Below, piece by piece: positions 25,101-35,237 of a stretch of 64,000 nt of DNA. The stretch is from Scyliorhinus canicula. Its lineage: Eukaryota. Below the pieces are notes generated by a model. The model saw only the letters and a program-made list of their open reading frames with translations, had not been told where the DNA came from and searched no databases. Made by a program: the position numbers and the translations under genes. The stretch's first letter is position 1. Every line of letters starts with the position of its first letter. The stretch spans positions 152,807,383 through 152,871,382 of the forward strand of contig NC_052149.1 in NCBI RefSeq assembly GCF_902713615.1, in the 5' to 3' direction.

Positions 25101-27439
25101 TAGATAGATTTTTGATCAACAATGGAGTGAGGAATGTGAAATTGGAGCCACAATCAGATCAGCCATCATCTTATCAAATGGCTGAGCAGACTCGAGGGAC
25201 CGAATGGCTTACTGCTCCTACTTCTTATGTTCAGATTTATCTACACCATGTCCATGCCATTGACTCCATCCCCGTTCCATCTGCGCCTGATTCACCCAAT
25301 AGGCTCTACCCCATTCCATCTGTACCAAGTTGATATTGTTGACTTTGTTCCATATACATTAATTCCAAAATATCAGGAAGAAAGCACCAAACATCCCCAA
25401 TTACCCAGTGAAAGAGGAAGACCTCAGACTGGCACAGTAACCAATATTTTGCTAAATTATTTCATGGGATATGGGCATCACGAGCAAGCACCGGATTTGT
25501 TGCCCATCCCCAATTGCCCTTGAACTGTCATTCCAGGGGGCAGTTAAGAGTCAACCACATTTCTGCAGACCTGGAGTCACATGGGTGGCACAGTGGTTAG
25601 CACTGTTGCTTCACAGCGCCAGGGTCCCAGGTTCGATTCCTGCTTGGGTCACTGTCTGTGTGGAGTCTGCACGTTCTCCCAGTGTCTGTCCTCCGGGCGC
25701 TCCAGTTTCCTCCCACAAATCCTGAAAGACGTGCTTGTTAGGTGAATTGGACATTCTGAATTCTCCCTGTGTACCCGAACAGGTGTCGCAGTGTGGCGAC
25801 TAGAGGAATTTTCACAGTAACTTCATTGCAGTGTTAATGTAAGCCTGCTTGTGACAATAAAGATTATAATAATAATAATATGTAGGCCAGACCAGATAAG
25901 AATGGCAGATTTCCTTCCCTAAAGGACATTAGTGAAGCAGGTCTGTTTTTATAAGGATCGACAATGCTTCCATGGTCACCATTGGACTTTTAATTTCAGA
26001 TTTTTATTCATTTCAAATTCTACCATTTGCCATGTCATTACCTTGGATCTCTGGACTATTAGCCAGTAACAATACCACTGCATGTCTGCCTCCTGCCATC
26101 AGGCTCTGTATAATCGATTGTTTATAAATGAAATGTTGTAGGACATTTCAGTGGGAATAATCCCCCTTTAGTGATCTCCAGATCATTCCTTAACAAGTGC
26201 TAGGTATACAATAAAAAAAGGGACAACACAGTTTATTTATTCGTTCATGGGATGTGGGTGCCACTGGCTGGGCCTGCATTTGTTGCCCATCTCTGAAGGC
26301 GTTTAAGAGTCAACCACGTTGCTGTTGATCTGGAGTCATGTATAGGTCAGACCAGGTAAGGACGGCAGATTTCCTTCCCTAAAGGACATTAGTGAACCAG
26401 ATGGGATTTTGTGATAACGGTTTCATGGTCATCATTCGACTTTTAATTCCAGATTTTTATTGAATTCAAATTTTACCATCTACCATGGTGGGATTTGAAT
26501 CCAGGTCCCCAGAGCATTATTACCCTGGGTCTCTGGGTTACTAGTCCAGTGACAATACCACTATACCACTACCTCCCCAGGCAGCACTGCTGCCTCACAA
26601 CGCCAGGGGCCCAGGTTCGATTCCAACCTCGGGTGACTGTGTGAAGTTTGCACATTCTCCCCATGTCTATGTGGGTTTCCTCCCACAGTCCAAAGATGTG
26701 CAGGTTAGGTGGATTGGCCATGTTAAATTGTCCCTTAGTATCCAGGTTAGTTGGGTTAAGGGCTACCCTTCCAAAGGATGTGTACACTCGATGGGGCGAA
26801 CAACCTCCTTAGGCACTGTCGGGACTATATTGTACCATATCTATATGTAGGTTAACTTTTGCAATTATGGGGGGGGGGGGGGAAGAACGTTCTTCTTTTG
26901 GCGGCCATAGTATATCCCCCACCTGGTTAAATGTTTCCTTCACTTACTTGGTTTCACCTTCAGTGTAATTCCACACCCACACCAGTCATCAGCTGTATCC
27001 TCATTTTGACAGTAGTAGGTGGCCGAATCCTTCTGTTTCAAGTTATCGATGTTTAAAATGTGTTTGCTCTCATTGGATCCGGAAAAGCGAGGTTCGATGC
27101 CTGGCATTCGAGTAAAATGTTTGGACCCTTGACTCCAGGACAGGAGCCATCTGATAGCTGTGGAGCCAGGCGGCACATAACCCCACTTCACAAGCAGGCT
27201 GTCACGGCTGGATCGACACTCAAGCGTCAGCGATTCTCCCTCCTGGCCCAGCACAGTGGTCGAGGGGGTGTGTAGTTCAGTATGGGTGAGAGCTGGGTCT
27301 GAAATGAGAAAGAAATAGGAAACGTTCAGGTGAACTCCTGTGAGGACAGGGTGATGGTGAGGCCAGACAGGGAGGTTGGCGCCTTACCCATTTGGAGGAA
27401 GATCAGAAGAAGTGTGCAGAACATCCCCTGCCTTTCCAT
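1044..27439 (-). CDS. Spliced gene: non-rearranging V(J)-C1-C1-TM-short tail Ig-superfamily receptor, 404 aa (join 27439-27388, 27298-26948, 17316-16996, 12958-12638, 4799-4665, 1078-1044)
   Basis: Exon lengths 52+351+321+321+135+35 = 1215 nt = 404 codons plus stop. All junctions are GT..AG and phase 1, the frame stays open, and domain order is coherent. The last exon is the least certain part. Confidence 0.85.
1160..3120 (-). mobile_element. Decayed CR1/HER1-type LINE fragments (interrupted by the MITE at 1984-2677)
   Basis: Minus-strand translation QRDLGISVYESQTVSMQIQQVISKANG and KWQMEYNVRKYEVV, plus CR1-type 3' tails. Confidence 0.8.
1984..2677. mobile_element. GC-rich non-autonomous TIR element (MITE, Harbinger-like)
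   Basis: Ends GGCCGGGATTCTCC ... GGGGAATCCCGCCC are inverted repeats, with 3-bp TSD TTT. The host CR1 sequence rejoins across it. Confidence 0.75.
3125..3455 (+). mobile_element. HE1-like SINE
   Basis: GTGGCACAGTGGTTAGCACTGCTGCCTCACAGC head and GGATTGGCCATGCTAAATTGCC core. A further copy lies at ~4210-4540. Confidence 0.85.
4665..4799 (-). CDS. Exon 5: stalk, transmembrane helix and start of tail (ASVKPSHSPGMVALLWIVAIVGCLLLITVAVIVYKKTTSSFRTET)
   Basis: Acceptor TTTCTCTTTTACTTGTATTAG, donor G|GTAAGA. A ~23-residue hydrophobic segment is followed by a YKK stop-transfer signal. Confidence 0.85.
4880..5740 (+). mobile_element. RTE-clade (BovB-like) LINE RT fragment
   Basis: FNLQRPKTRTKITDQLLRELLFVGDC and KIKVYQALLLASLLYACEA resemble RTE ORF motifs (RELLFADDC; LLYGCE). 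Frameshifted. Confidence 0.75.
5750..8230 (+). mobile_element. Decayed Ty3/Gypsy retrotransposon (LTR remnant, gag, protease, RT)
   Basis: PBS-like TGGTGAC near 6006. Fragments LQVNGHSITMEMDT (protease), AEWTKPMVPIMKPDKTVTVRLCKDFKLTVN (RT) and AFLGLVNYYGK. Confidence 0.85.
8250..8960 (+). mobile_element. hAT (Buster/SPIN-like) transposon remnant, BED-finger region
   Basis: About 8760-8830 translates as CVICRDVLTNERLKPSKLQRHLKINH, matching the Buster/ZBED5-type N-terminus. Confidence 0.65.
9175..9845. mobile_element. GC-rich MITE, same family as 1984-2677 and 28924-29671
   Basis: Right end GAGAATCCCGCCC and shared internal motifs (GGCCCACGATCGGGG, GCGCATGCGC). Left end is degenerate. Confidence 0.6.
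9900..12100 (+). mobile_element. Second decayed Ty3/Gypsy copy (RT-RNase H, probable LTR remnant)
   Basis: [48 protein letters not shown] and ITCDASPY...EKPTAFASQTLT. Confidence 0.85.
12638..12958 (-). CDS. Exon 4: second Ig C1-set domain
   Basis: Acceptor CTCTCTGCTGTAG, donor G|GTAAGG, 321 nt. Motifs MSCLVSDFYPADISVTW, TYRTVSQLTV and YWCEVKHVSL. Confidence 0.95.
14246..16720 (+). mobile_element. 5'-truncated, decayed L1/Tx1-like LINE ORF2
   Basis: ISLILKKDKDPEQCGSHLLISLLNVDAK, LPLSLAGRV and NGFRYLQVRDF, with a GT-rich 3'UTR and A-rich end. Confidence 0.85.
16996..17316 (-). CDS. Exon 3: Ig C1-set domain
   Basis: Acceptor CTTCTACTTTCAG, donor G|GTAGGT, 321 nt. Motifs LVCVSRGFYPKEISVSW and WFSGSHYTCVVSHEALSSP resemble Ig heavy-chain constant domains. 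Confidence 0.95.
17990..20510 (+). mobile_element. Decayed L1/Tx1-like LINE (endonuclease to C-terminus), with an antisense SINE at ~18245-18462
   Basis: GDLNCV and YSAMVISDHAPHWVDL (APE endonuclease); RRWDSLPLSLAGQV; CERC...HTFC. Confidence 0.85.
20621..24394. repeat. Minisatellite, ~95 copies of a 38-41 bp unit (consensus ACCCCACTGCCTCTGCCCCGATCCATCTGTACCAGCTTC)
   Basis: Directly visible 39-bp periodicity, with three more diverged units at ~24478-24602. The repetitive ORFs in the track come from it. Confidence 0.98.
24603..25200 (+). mobile_element. CR1 RT/3' fragment interrupted by a SINE (~24762-24990)
   Basis: QRDLAVLVHESQNVSVQVQQVIRKAN resumes after the SINE as LQLYRVLVRPHLEYCVQ. Confidence 0.8.
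25583..26850 (+). mobile_element. Cluster of SINEs (~25583-25876 with (ATA)n tail; ~26580-26850) inserted in older SINE-like repeats
   Basis: tRNA-like heads GGTGGCACAGTGGTTAGCAC/GGTTCGATTCC and repeated CAGATTTCCTTCCCTAAAGGACATTAGTGAA blocks. Confidence 0.7.
26948..27298 (-). CDS. Exon 2: Ig V-set domain with in-exon J-like G strand
   Basis: Acceptor TTTCTCATTTCAG and donor A|GTAAGT. Translation ...GESLTLEC...VKWGY...RFSGS...LNIDNLKQKDSATYYC-QNEDTADDW-CGCGITLKVKP has the B/F-strand Cys, C-strand Trp and D-x-A-x-Y-Y-C. Confidence 0.93.
27388..27439 (-). CDS. Exon 1: signal peptide MERQGMFCTLLLIFLQM
   Basis: ATG at 27439, hydrophobic core, phase-1 donor G|GTAAGG, and an 89-nt intron to the V exon, as in Ig/TCR leader-V layout. 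Confidence 0.85.
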
Positions 27440-27600
27440 CACTGCTTCCCGCCGCGCACGAGTGAGAAGCTCAAGTGAAGCCTTCTTTCTCAGAGTGCGA
27501 GTGTCACTCATTTCCTCCTGGGGATTGATCACGAGTTAAAGGAAGCTGCGGTCGATACTGGCCAACATCAGTCACCACCGCCCCTTCCCACAACAAACAG
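27440..27600 (-). promoter_or_regulatory. Candidate TATA-less proximal promoter/5'UTR of the Ig-like gene
   Basis: Unique, relatively CpG-containing sequence directly upstream of the ATG. The minus strand has GAGGAA (Ets/PU.1-type core, ~27517-27512) next to TGAGTGAC. Motif matches only. Confidence 0.3.
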
Positions 27601-28259
27601 AGATGAGATCCAGATTCGCAAGGAGGCGCCTGATCTTATTCAAATGGTAAATCTGGAAAAATTACTTCAATAAAATTGCAAGAGCGGGATAAAGGGAAGG
27701 CATGCGCGCCAAAAAAATAATTATTAGGTCTGAGTTTGGCAAGTTAGTCATACAGCACAGAAAGAGGCCCTTTGGCCCATCGTTTCTGCACCAGTTTACC
27801 ACCTATCTATTCTAATCCCCTTTTCCATCACTTGGTTTTATATGCCTCAGTGTTTCAAATGCTCATCTAAATGCTTCTCAAATGCTGTGAGGGTTCCCGC
27901 CTGTACCATCCATTCAGGGGGTAAGTTCCAGATTCCCACCACCCTCTAGGTGAAAAGGTTTGTCCTCAAACCCCCTCTATATCTCCTGCTCTTTACCTTA
28001 AATCTATCCCCCCTGGTTATTGACCCTTTTAATAAGGGAAAATGGTTTTTTCCTATCTATCCTATGATGTCCTTCATGATTTTGTACACCTCAATCAGCG
28101 ATCTCTGCTCTAAGGAGAACAACCCCAGCCTAACCAACCACTCTTCTTGTTGAAATGCTCCTCTGCACTTTTTCTTGTCCAATCACATCCTAATGTGGTG
28201 GTCAGAACTGCACATAGCTGTGGCCTAATGGGCATTTTATACAGCTCAATCATAACCTG

Positions 28260-29790
28260 GATAAAAGCAAATTACATGCTGGAATCTGAAACGATTTTTG
28301 TGGATTTTGGGAAGTAGGTCTCCTTTATATCGGAGAGACCAAACGCAGACTGGGTGATCGCTTTGCTGAGCATCTTCGGTCTGTGCGCATTCAGGATCCT
28401 GACCTTCCTGTTGCTTTCCATTTTAACAAAAGACCCGGCTCTCATGCCCACATGTCTGTCCTTGGCCTGCTGCAATGTTCCAGTGAAGCTCAATGCAAAC
28501 TGGAGGAACAACATCTCATCTTCCAGTTAGGCACACTACAGCCTTCCGGCCTGAACATCGAATTCAACAACTTCTGATGATCAGCCCCACCTTGACCCAT
28601 TTGTTTTCATTTCATTTTAACTGTCTTTTACCATTTCTTTCTTAATATACATTTAATTTCCCCCCCCCCCCCCATCTTATCCACCTTTCCTGCACCTTTC
28701 TCCTCTTTGCTTCCCCCTTCCCCTCCCCCCACACCTACAGTTCATCCTCTGATATTAGTTTCCCTGCTGTTTGACCTTTCACATCTTTTGTCCTCTCTGG
28801 GGACTGCCATTAACACTCTTTCCCCTTGGTATCTGTGGCCATTGGCACCTAGTTTCCCTGGGTTTCTGTGGCTATGACTCATCTTTCATTCTCACTCCAC
28901 AGTATAAATATTTCCCACTCTCTGGGCGAATTTCTCCGACCCCCCCCCCCCCCCCCCCCCCCCCCGCAGAGTTGGAGAATCGCCCGGGGCCGCCGAAAAT
29001 CCCGCCCCCGCCATGGCAGAAATTCTCCGCCACCCAGGAATTGGCGGGGGCGGGAAACACCACCCGCCGATCGGCGAGCCCCCTGCAGCGATTCTCCGGC
29101 CCGCAATGGGCTGAAGTCCCGCCGCTGGGAGGCCTCTTCACCGCTGAGGTTTGAACCACCTCTCGTGGCGGCGGGATCGGCGGCGCGAGTGGGCCCCCGG
29201 GATCCTGGTGGGGCGCGGGGCGATCGGACCCTGGGGGGTGCCCCCACGGTGGCCAGGCCCGCGATCGGGGCCCACCAATCGGCGGGCGGGTCAGTGCCAT
29301 GGGGGCACTCTTTTTCTTCCGCCACCGCCACGGCCTCCACCATGGCGGAGGCGGAAGAGAATCCCCCAGCGCGCATGCGCCGGTGGTGACGTCAGTGGCA
29401 GCTGACGCACCGGCGCATGCGCAAACCGGCGAAGGCCTTTCGGCCAGCCCCAGCGCCGGGCGGCGGCCGTCAAAGGCCGCTGGAGCCGGATTGGGCACCA
29501 GTCGGTGTGGTCCCAACCGTTCCGGCATGGGCCTAGCCCCTCAATGTGAGTGCTTGGCCCCTAAAGGTGCAGAGAATTCCGCACCTTTGGGGAGGCCCGA
29601 CGCCAGAGTGGTTGGCGCCACTCCACTACGCCGGGACCCCCCGCCCCGCCGGGTAGGGGAGAATCCCGCCCTCTCTGCCTGTTAGCTTTGACAAAGAGTC
29701 ATCGGACTCTAAACATTAGCTCTTTTCTCTCCCTACAGATGCTGCCAGACTTGCTGAGATTTTCCAGCATTTTCCCTTTCGTTTCAATTA
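28260..29790 (+). mobile_element. Penelope-like element remnant: GIY-YIG endonuclease C-terminus and 3' pLTR region
   Basis: LYIGETKRRLGDRFAEHL and PVAFHFN...KLEEQHLIFQLGTLQPSGLNIEFNNF. Interrupted by the MITE at 28924-29671. Confidence 0.8.
28924..29671. mobile_element. GC-rich MITE with TIRs and 3-bp TSD (TCT)
   Basis: GGGCGAATTTCTCC ... GGAGAATCCCGCCC, flanked by TCT on both sides. Confidence 0.75.
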
Positions 29791-30218
29791 TAACCTCCAA
29801 GCTCTAGTATTCTATGCCTTGGTTAATAAAGTCCCATGTGCCTTTTTAACCACCTTATTTCCCTATCGTGCTGCCTGCCTTCAGGGACCTATGGACATTC
29901 TTCCCAAGATCCCTCTGTTCCTCTACTTCCAAGTGTCCTGTGGTTCATTGTGTATTCCCGTGCTTTGTTCGTCCTCCCAAAATGTATCACCTCACACTTT
30001 TCAGCATTAAATTCCATTTCCCACTGTTCTGCCCATCTGAGCAGCTCGTCTATATTGCCCTGTAATCGAAAGGCTTTCCTCCTGGCTATTTACCACAACT
30101 CCAATTTTTGAGTCATCTGTGAATTTGCTGATCATACCACCCATATTCCCGTCTAGATCATTAATGTATGCTACCGACAGGAAGAGTTTCATTTCTAACA
30201 AACAAAATACACAATAGC

Positions 30219-33200
30219 GGACTTCCAGTGGTGGCTATGCGGAGCTAAGCTGCACGTTCGGCAGTTCCCGCCAGGAACGGACTTTTGGGCTCTTTTTAGG
30301 GCCCCCAGCGGTACTTGATTGACGGTTCCCGACGTGGGAAGGTGTCAGCAGCAGATCCCCAGTGTTCTATGGTCTGGACCAGGAGTGTGGCCAGCAAAAT
30401 AGCGGTGGCAGCGCCTAGGAAAAAGCGGGGGAAGAAAAACAAGATGGCGGCCGGCGGAGGCCTCGAGGAATGGAGTCAGTGGGCGCAGGTGCAGCAGGAG
30501 ACTCTCCAGTGCTGCTTTCAGGAGCTCAAAGTGGAGCTGCTGGAGTCGCTGAAGGCTACTACTGACAAGCTGCTGGAGACACAGACAGCCCAGGGGGTGG
30601 AGATCCGGGAGCTCCGACAACAAGCCTCCGAAAGAGAGGATGAGGCCTTGGCCCTCGCGGTAAAGGTGGAGATGCACGAGGTGCTCCATAAGAAGTGGCA
30701 GGAGCGGTTCGAATAAATGGAGAACTGGTCGAGGCAGAAAAATTTGCGGATCCTGGGCCTCACGGAGTGGCTGGAGGGGTCAGACCTGGGGGCCTATGTG
30801 GTTGTCTTGCTGAACTCGCTGATGGGAGCTGGGTCCTTCCAGGGACCCCTGCAGATGGAGGGGGCCCACAGAATACTGGCTAGGAGGCCCAAGCCGAAAG
30901 AGCCGCCACGGGCGGTGCTGGTGCGGTTCCACCGGTTCGTTGATCGAGAGTGCGTGCTTAGATGGGCCAAGAAGGAGCGGAGTAGCAAGTGGGAGAACAC
31001 GTTGGTGCGGATCTACCAGGACTGGAGTGCGGAGGTGGCTAAGCGGAGGGCCAGGTACAACAAGACGAAGGCGGTGCTCCACAGAAAGAGTGTGAAGTTT
31101 GGCATGTTACAGCCGGCGCGTTTGAGGGTCACCTACAAGGACCGTCACTTTTGCTTTGAGTCCCCGGAGGAGGCGTGGGCCTTTGTGCAGGCTGAGAAGT
31201 TGGACTCTAATTGAGGGTCGGGGGCAGGAGTTTGTATGTAACTGTGTTAATTTTTGGTGGGGGGTTTCTCTGTTTTATTCTGGTTGTGTGTTGTTTCTAG
31301 GGCGGGTGGGGCGCTGTCTTTTTGCGTGGGTTCGGTGGATGGGCTTGAGTCGGGGGGTAGACTTGGAGTGTGGGGAGCTGGTGGTGGGGGCCGACAATGG
31401 GAGCTACCCTAGAGGAGGCAGGGTGAAAGCGCGAGCTTTTCTTTGGTTTCCCGCGCTGAGGGTGGATGGGAGCGGGTTCGGAGCTGAGAAGCGCGGGCTT
31501 TTTTCCCCACACGAGAGCGGGAGGGGGAGGAGGAGGGTCTGCTGATGGGCATGGGGGAGGAGAAGTAGCCCCACGTTGGGAGGGGTCGGTGGTGTGGCGG
31601 GAGTCGCCGGGGTCAGCAGACGTTAGCTGGCTCACGGGAGTGCTATGGAGGGAGTAACGCGGCTGGGAGGGGTCCTATCCTGGGGGGGGGGGGGGTGGGA
31701 GGGGGAGGTACCGGGTTGCTGCTGAAATGGCCATGAAGGAGCTGGAGTATGCAGGGGGGGTCGGGGTGGGGGTTTGCCGACGTGGGGAACCAGCCGAGTG
31801 GGGGACGCTGGCCTGGGGCGGTCAGGGGATGGGTTATGGCTAGTCAGCAGGGGAGGGGGGCAGGGAGCCCTCTGATCCGGCTGATAACTTGGAATGTGAG
31901 GGGGCTGAATGGGCCGGTCAAACGGGCCCGGGTGTTTACGCACCTGAAGGGGCTGAAGGCGGACGTGGCTATGCTCCAGGAGACGCACCTGAAAGAGGTG
32001 GACCAGGTTAGACTGAGGAAGGGATGGGTGGGCCAAGTGTTTCATTCGGGGCTGGATGCAAAGAACCGGGGGGGTGGCGATCCTGGTGGGAAAAAGGGTG
32101 TCATTTGAGGCGTCAAAGGTGGTGGCTGACAGTGGAGGGAGGTATGTGATGGTGAGCGGCAAGTTGCAAGGGAGAGCGGGTGGTGCTGGTGACTGCCTAT
32201 GCCCCGAACTGGGACGATGCGGGTTTTATGCGGCGCATGTTGGGCCGCATTCCGGATCTGGAGACAGGGGGCCTGATATTGGGGGGGGACTTTAATACAG
32301 TGCTGGATCCCCCATTGGATCGATCCATGCCCAGGACGGGCAGGAGGCCCGCGGCGGCTAAGGTGCTGAGGGGGTTTATGGACCAGATGGGAGGAGTGGA
32401 TCCTTGGAGGTTCGCGAGGGCTGAGGGCCAGACAGTATTCATTTTTCTCCCACTTGCATAAAGCCTATTCCCAGATCGATTTTTTTGTTCTGAGCAGGGG
32501 GCTGATTTCGAGGGTGAAGGATGTTGAGTATTCGGCCATAGTCATTTCGGATCACGCCCCGCACTGGGTAGACCTTGAGCTGGGGGAGGAGAGGGACCAG
32601 CGCCCGCTCTGGCGCCTGGAGATGGGGCTGCTGGTGGATGAGGAGGTGGGCGGGCGGGTTCGGGGGTGTATCAAGAGGTACTTAGAGGCCAATGATAATG
32701 GGGAGGTCCGGGTGGGGACGGTTTGGGAGGCATTGAAGGCAGTGATTAGAGGGGAGTTGATTTCCATCCGAGCCCATAGGGAGAGGGGAGAGCAAAGAGA
32801 GAGGGAGAGGTTGGTGGAGGAGATGGTGAGGGTGGACAGGAGATACGCGGAGGCTCCGGAGGAGGGATTGCTGGGGGAGCGGCGTAACCTTCAGGCCAAG
32901 TTCGACTTGTTGACCACCGGAAAGGCGGAAGCTCAGTGGAGGAAGGCACAGGGAGCGGTGTACGAATATGGGGAGAAGGCGAGTAGGATGCTGGCGCATC
33001 AGCTCCGTAAGCGGGATGCGGCCAGGGAGATTGGTGGCGTGAAGGATAGGGGAGGAAATGTGGTGCGTAGGGGGATAGATATTAATGGGATCTTCAGGGA
33101 CTTTCATGGGGAATTGTACCGGTCTGAACCCCCGGTGGAGGTTGGGGGGGGGGGGGGGGGGGGAATGGGGCTCTTTTTGGACAGGCTGAGATTTCCGAAG

Positions 33201-35075
33201 GTGGAGGAGGGGCAGGTGGAGGGACTGGGGGCGCCGATTGAGCTGGAGGAGCTGGTCACTGGGATAGGCAGCATGCAGTCGGGGAAGGCGCCAGGACCGG
33301 ATGGGTTTCCGGTCGAATTTTATAAAATGCACTGCAGACCTGCTGGGCCCCCTGTTGGTTAGGACTTTTAACGAGGCTAGGGAGGGGGGGGCTTTGCCCC
33401 CGACTATGTCACGGGTGCTGATTTCCTTGATCCTTAAGCGGAACAAGGACCCCCTGCAGTGTGGATCATATAGGAAGATCTCGCTGTTAAATGTGGATGC
33501 CAAGCTGTTGGCGAAGATCTTGGCCACAAGGATAGAGGACTGTGTGCCGGGGGTCATTCATGAGGACCAGACGGAATTTATGAAGGGAAGGCAGCTGAAC
33601 ACCAATATACATTGGCTTCTGAATGTTATAATGATGCCGGCGGTAGAAGTGGAGGCGGAGATAGTGGTGGCATTAGACGCGGAGAAGGCCTTTGATAGGG
33701 GTGAATGGGGGTACTTGTGGGAGGTGCTGGAAAGGTTCGGGTTCGGGGAGGGGTTTGTCAGTTGGGTGAGGCTGTTATATGAGGCCCCGATGGCGAGCGT
33801 AGCCACGAATAGGAGGAGATCGGAGTACTTTCAGTTGCACCGGGGGACGAGACAGGGGTGTCCCCTGTCCCCCTTGCTCTTTGCGTTGGCAATTGAGCCC
33901 CTGGCCATGGCATTGAGGGAGTCGGGGAATTGGTGGGGTCTGGTGCGGGGTGGGGAGGAGCACCGAGTGTCACTTTACGCAGATGACTTGTTGCTATATG
34001 TGGCGGACCCAGTGGGGGGAATGCCGGAGGAAATGAAGATTCTCAGGGAATTTGGGGACTTTTCAGGGTACAAGCTCAACTTGGGTAAGAGTGAGTTGTT
34101 CGTCGTGCACCCGGGGGATCAGGAGGAGGGGATTGGTAGGCTCCCACTGAAAAGGGCAGGGAGGAGCTTTAGGTACCTGGAAGTCCAGGTGGCTAGGAGC
34201 TGGGGGGCCCTACACAAACAACCTCACAAGGCTGGTGGAGCAAATGGAGGAGGAGTTTAAAAGATGGGACATGTTGCCGCTGTCGCTGGCGGGCAGGGTG
34301 CAGTCAGTCAAGATGACGGTGCTCCCGAGGTTTTTGTTCCTGTTCCAGTGCCTCCTCATCCTTATCCCGAAAGCCTTTTTTAGGAGGGTCAACAGGAGTA
34401 TTACGGGATTTGTATGGGCGCATGGGACTCCGAGGGTGAGAAGGGTGTTTTTGGAGTGGGGCAGCGATAGGGGGGGTCTGGCGCTGCCCAACCTTTGTGG
34501 GTACTATTGGGCTGCCAACGCAGCGATGGTGCGTAAGTGGGTAATGGACGGGGAAGGGGCAGCATGGAAGAGGATGGAGATGGCATCCTGTGTGGGCACG
34601 AGCCTGGAGGCGCTGGTAACGGCGCTGTTGCCACTCCTTCCAACGAGGTATACCACAAGCCCGGCGGTGGCGGCTACCCTCAAAATTTGGGGGCAATGGA
34701 GATGGCATCGGAGGGAGGTGGGGGGCTCGACGGAGTCCCCGATACGGGGGAACCACCGGTTTGTTCCAGGGAGCATTGATGGCGGGTTTCTTAGCTGGCA
34801 CAGGGTAGGTATTAGGAGGTTGGGGAACCTGTTTGTAGATGGGAGGTTTGCGAGCTTGGGTGAGTTAGAGGGGAAGTTTGGGCTCCCCCCGGGGAACATG
34901 TTTAGGTACATGCAGGTTAGGGCGTTTGCCAGGCGGCAAGTGGAGGGGTTCCCTCTGTTGCCCCCACGTGGGGAGATGGGGGGGGGGTGGGGGGTTGTTT
35001 CGGTAGAGGGGAGAAATATGTACCTGTGTTTGTTGAATATGCCGGGTGCTAATCTATTTCCTCTTTTTGTAGTTA

Positions 35076-35119
<44 letters not shown>

Positions 35120-35237
35120 GGTTTTGGTCTTGGGGGTTTTTGTGTTTTTTTCTTTTTTGTTGTTAATATTGTTTTCTTGTTGATATTTTCTGTTTTTGAT
35201 ATTTTGTGAAAATCTTAATAAAAATTATTTTTAAAAA
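30219..35237 (+). mobile_element. Near-full-length L1/Tx1-like LINE (5'UTR, ORF1, EN-RT ORF2, G-rich 3'UTR, polyA), inactivated
   Basis: 15-bp TSD AAAATACACAATAGC at 30204-30218 and 35238-35252. ORF1 SRQKNLRILGL...IYQDWS; EN LITWNVRGLNG and SDHAP; RT QGCPLSPLLF and YADD. Contains stops and frameshifts. Confidence 0.95.

Noticed and set aside
27252-27258. CACAGTG heptamer inside the V exon
   Set aside because: It lies at the 5' end of the V coding region, and no ACAAAAACC-like nonamer follows at 12 or 23 bp. The many other CACAGTG matches are SINE heads or cores.
27326-27532. 68-aa minus ORF superficially like a Myb/SANT transposon protein
   Set aside because: Better explained as 5'UTR, the leader exon (MERQGMF...) and intron read-through.
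35077-35118. Long G or C homopolymer runs (also ~16077, 26870, 28941, 44910, 52922)
   Set aside because: Mostly within LINE 3'UTRs or MITEs. Lengths are unreliable in assemblies, and the poly-Gly/Pro ORFs they create are not credible.
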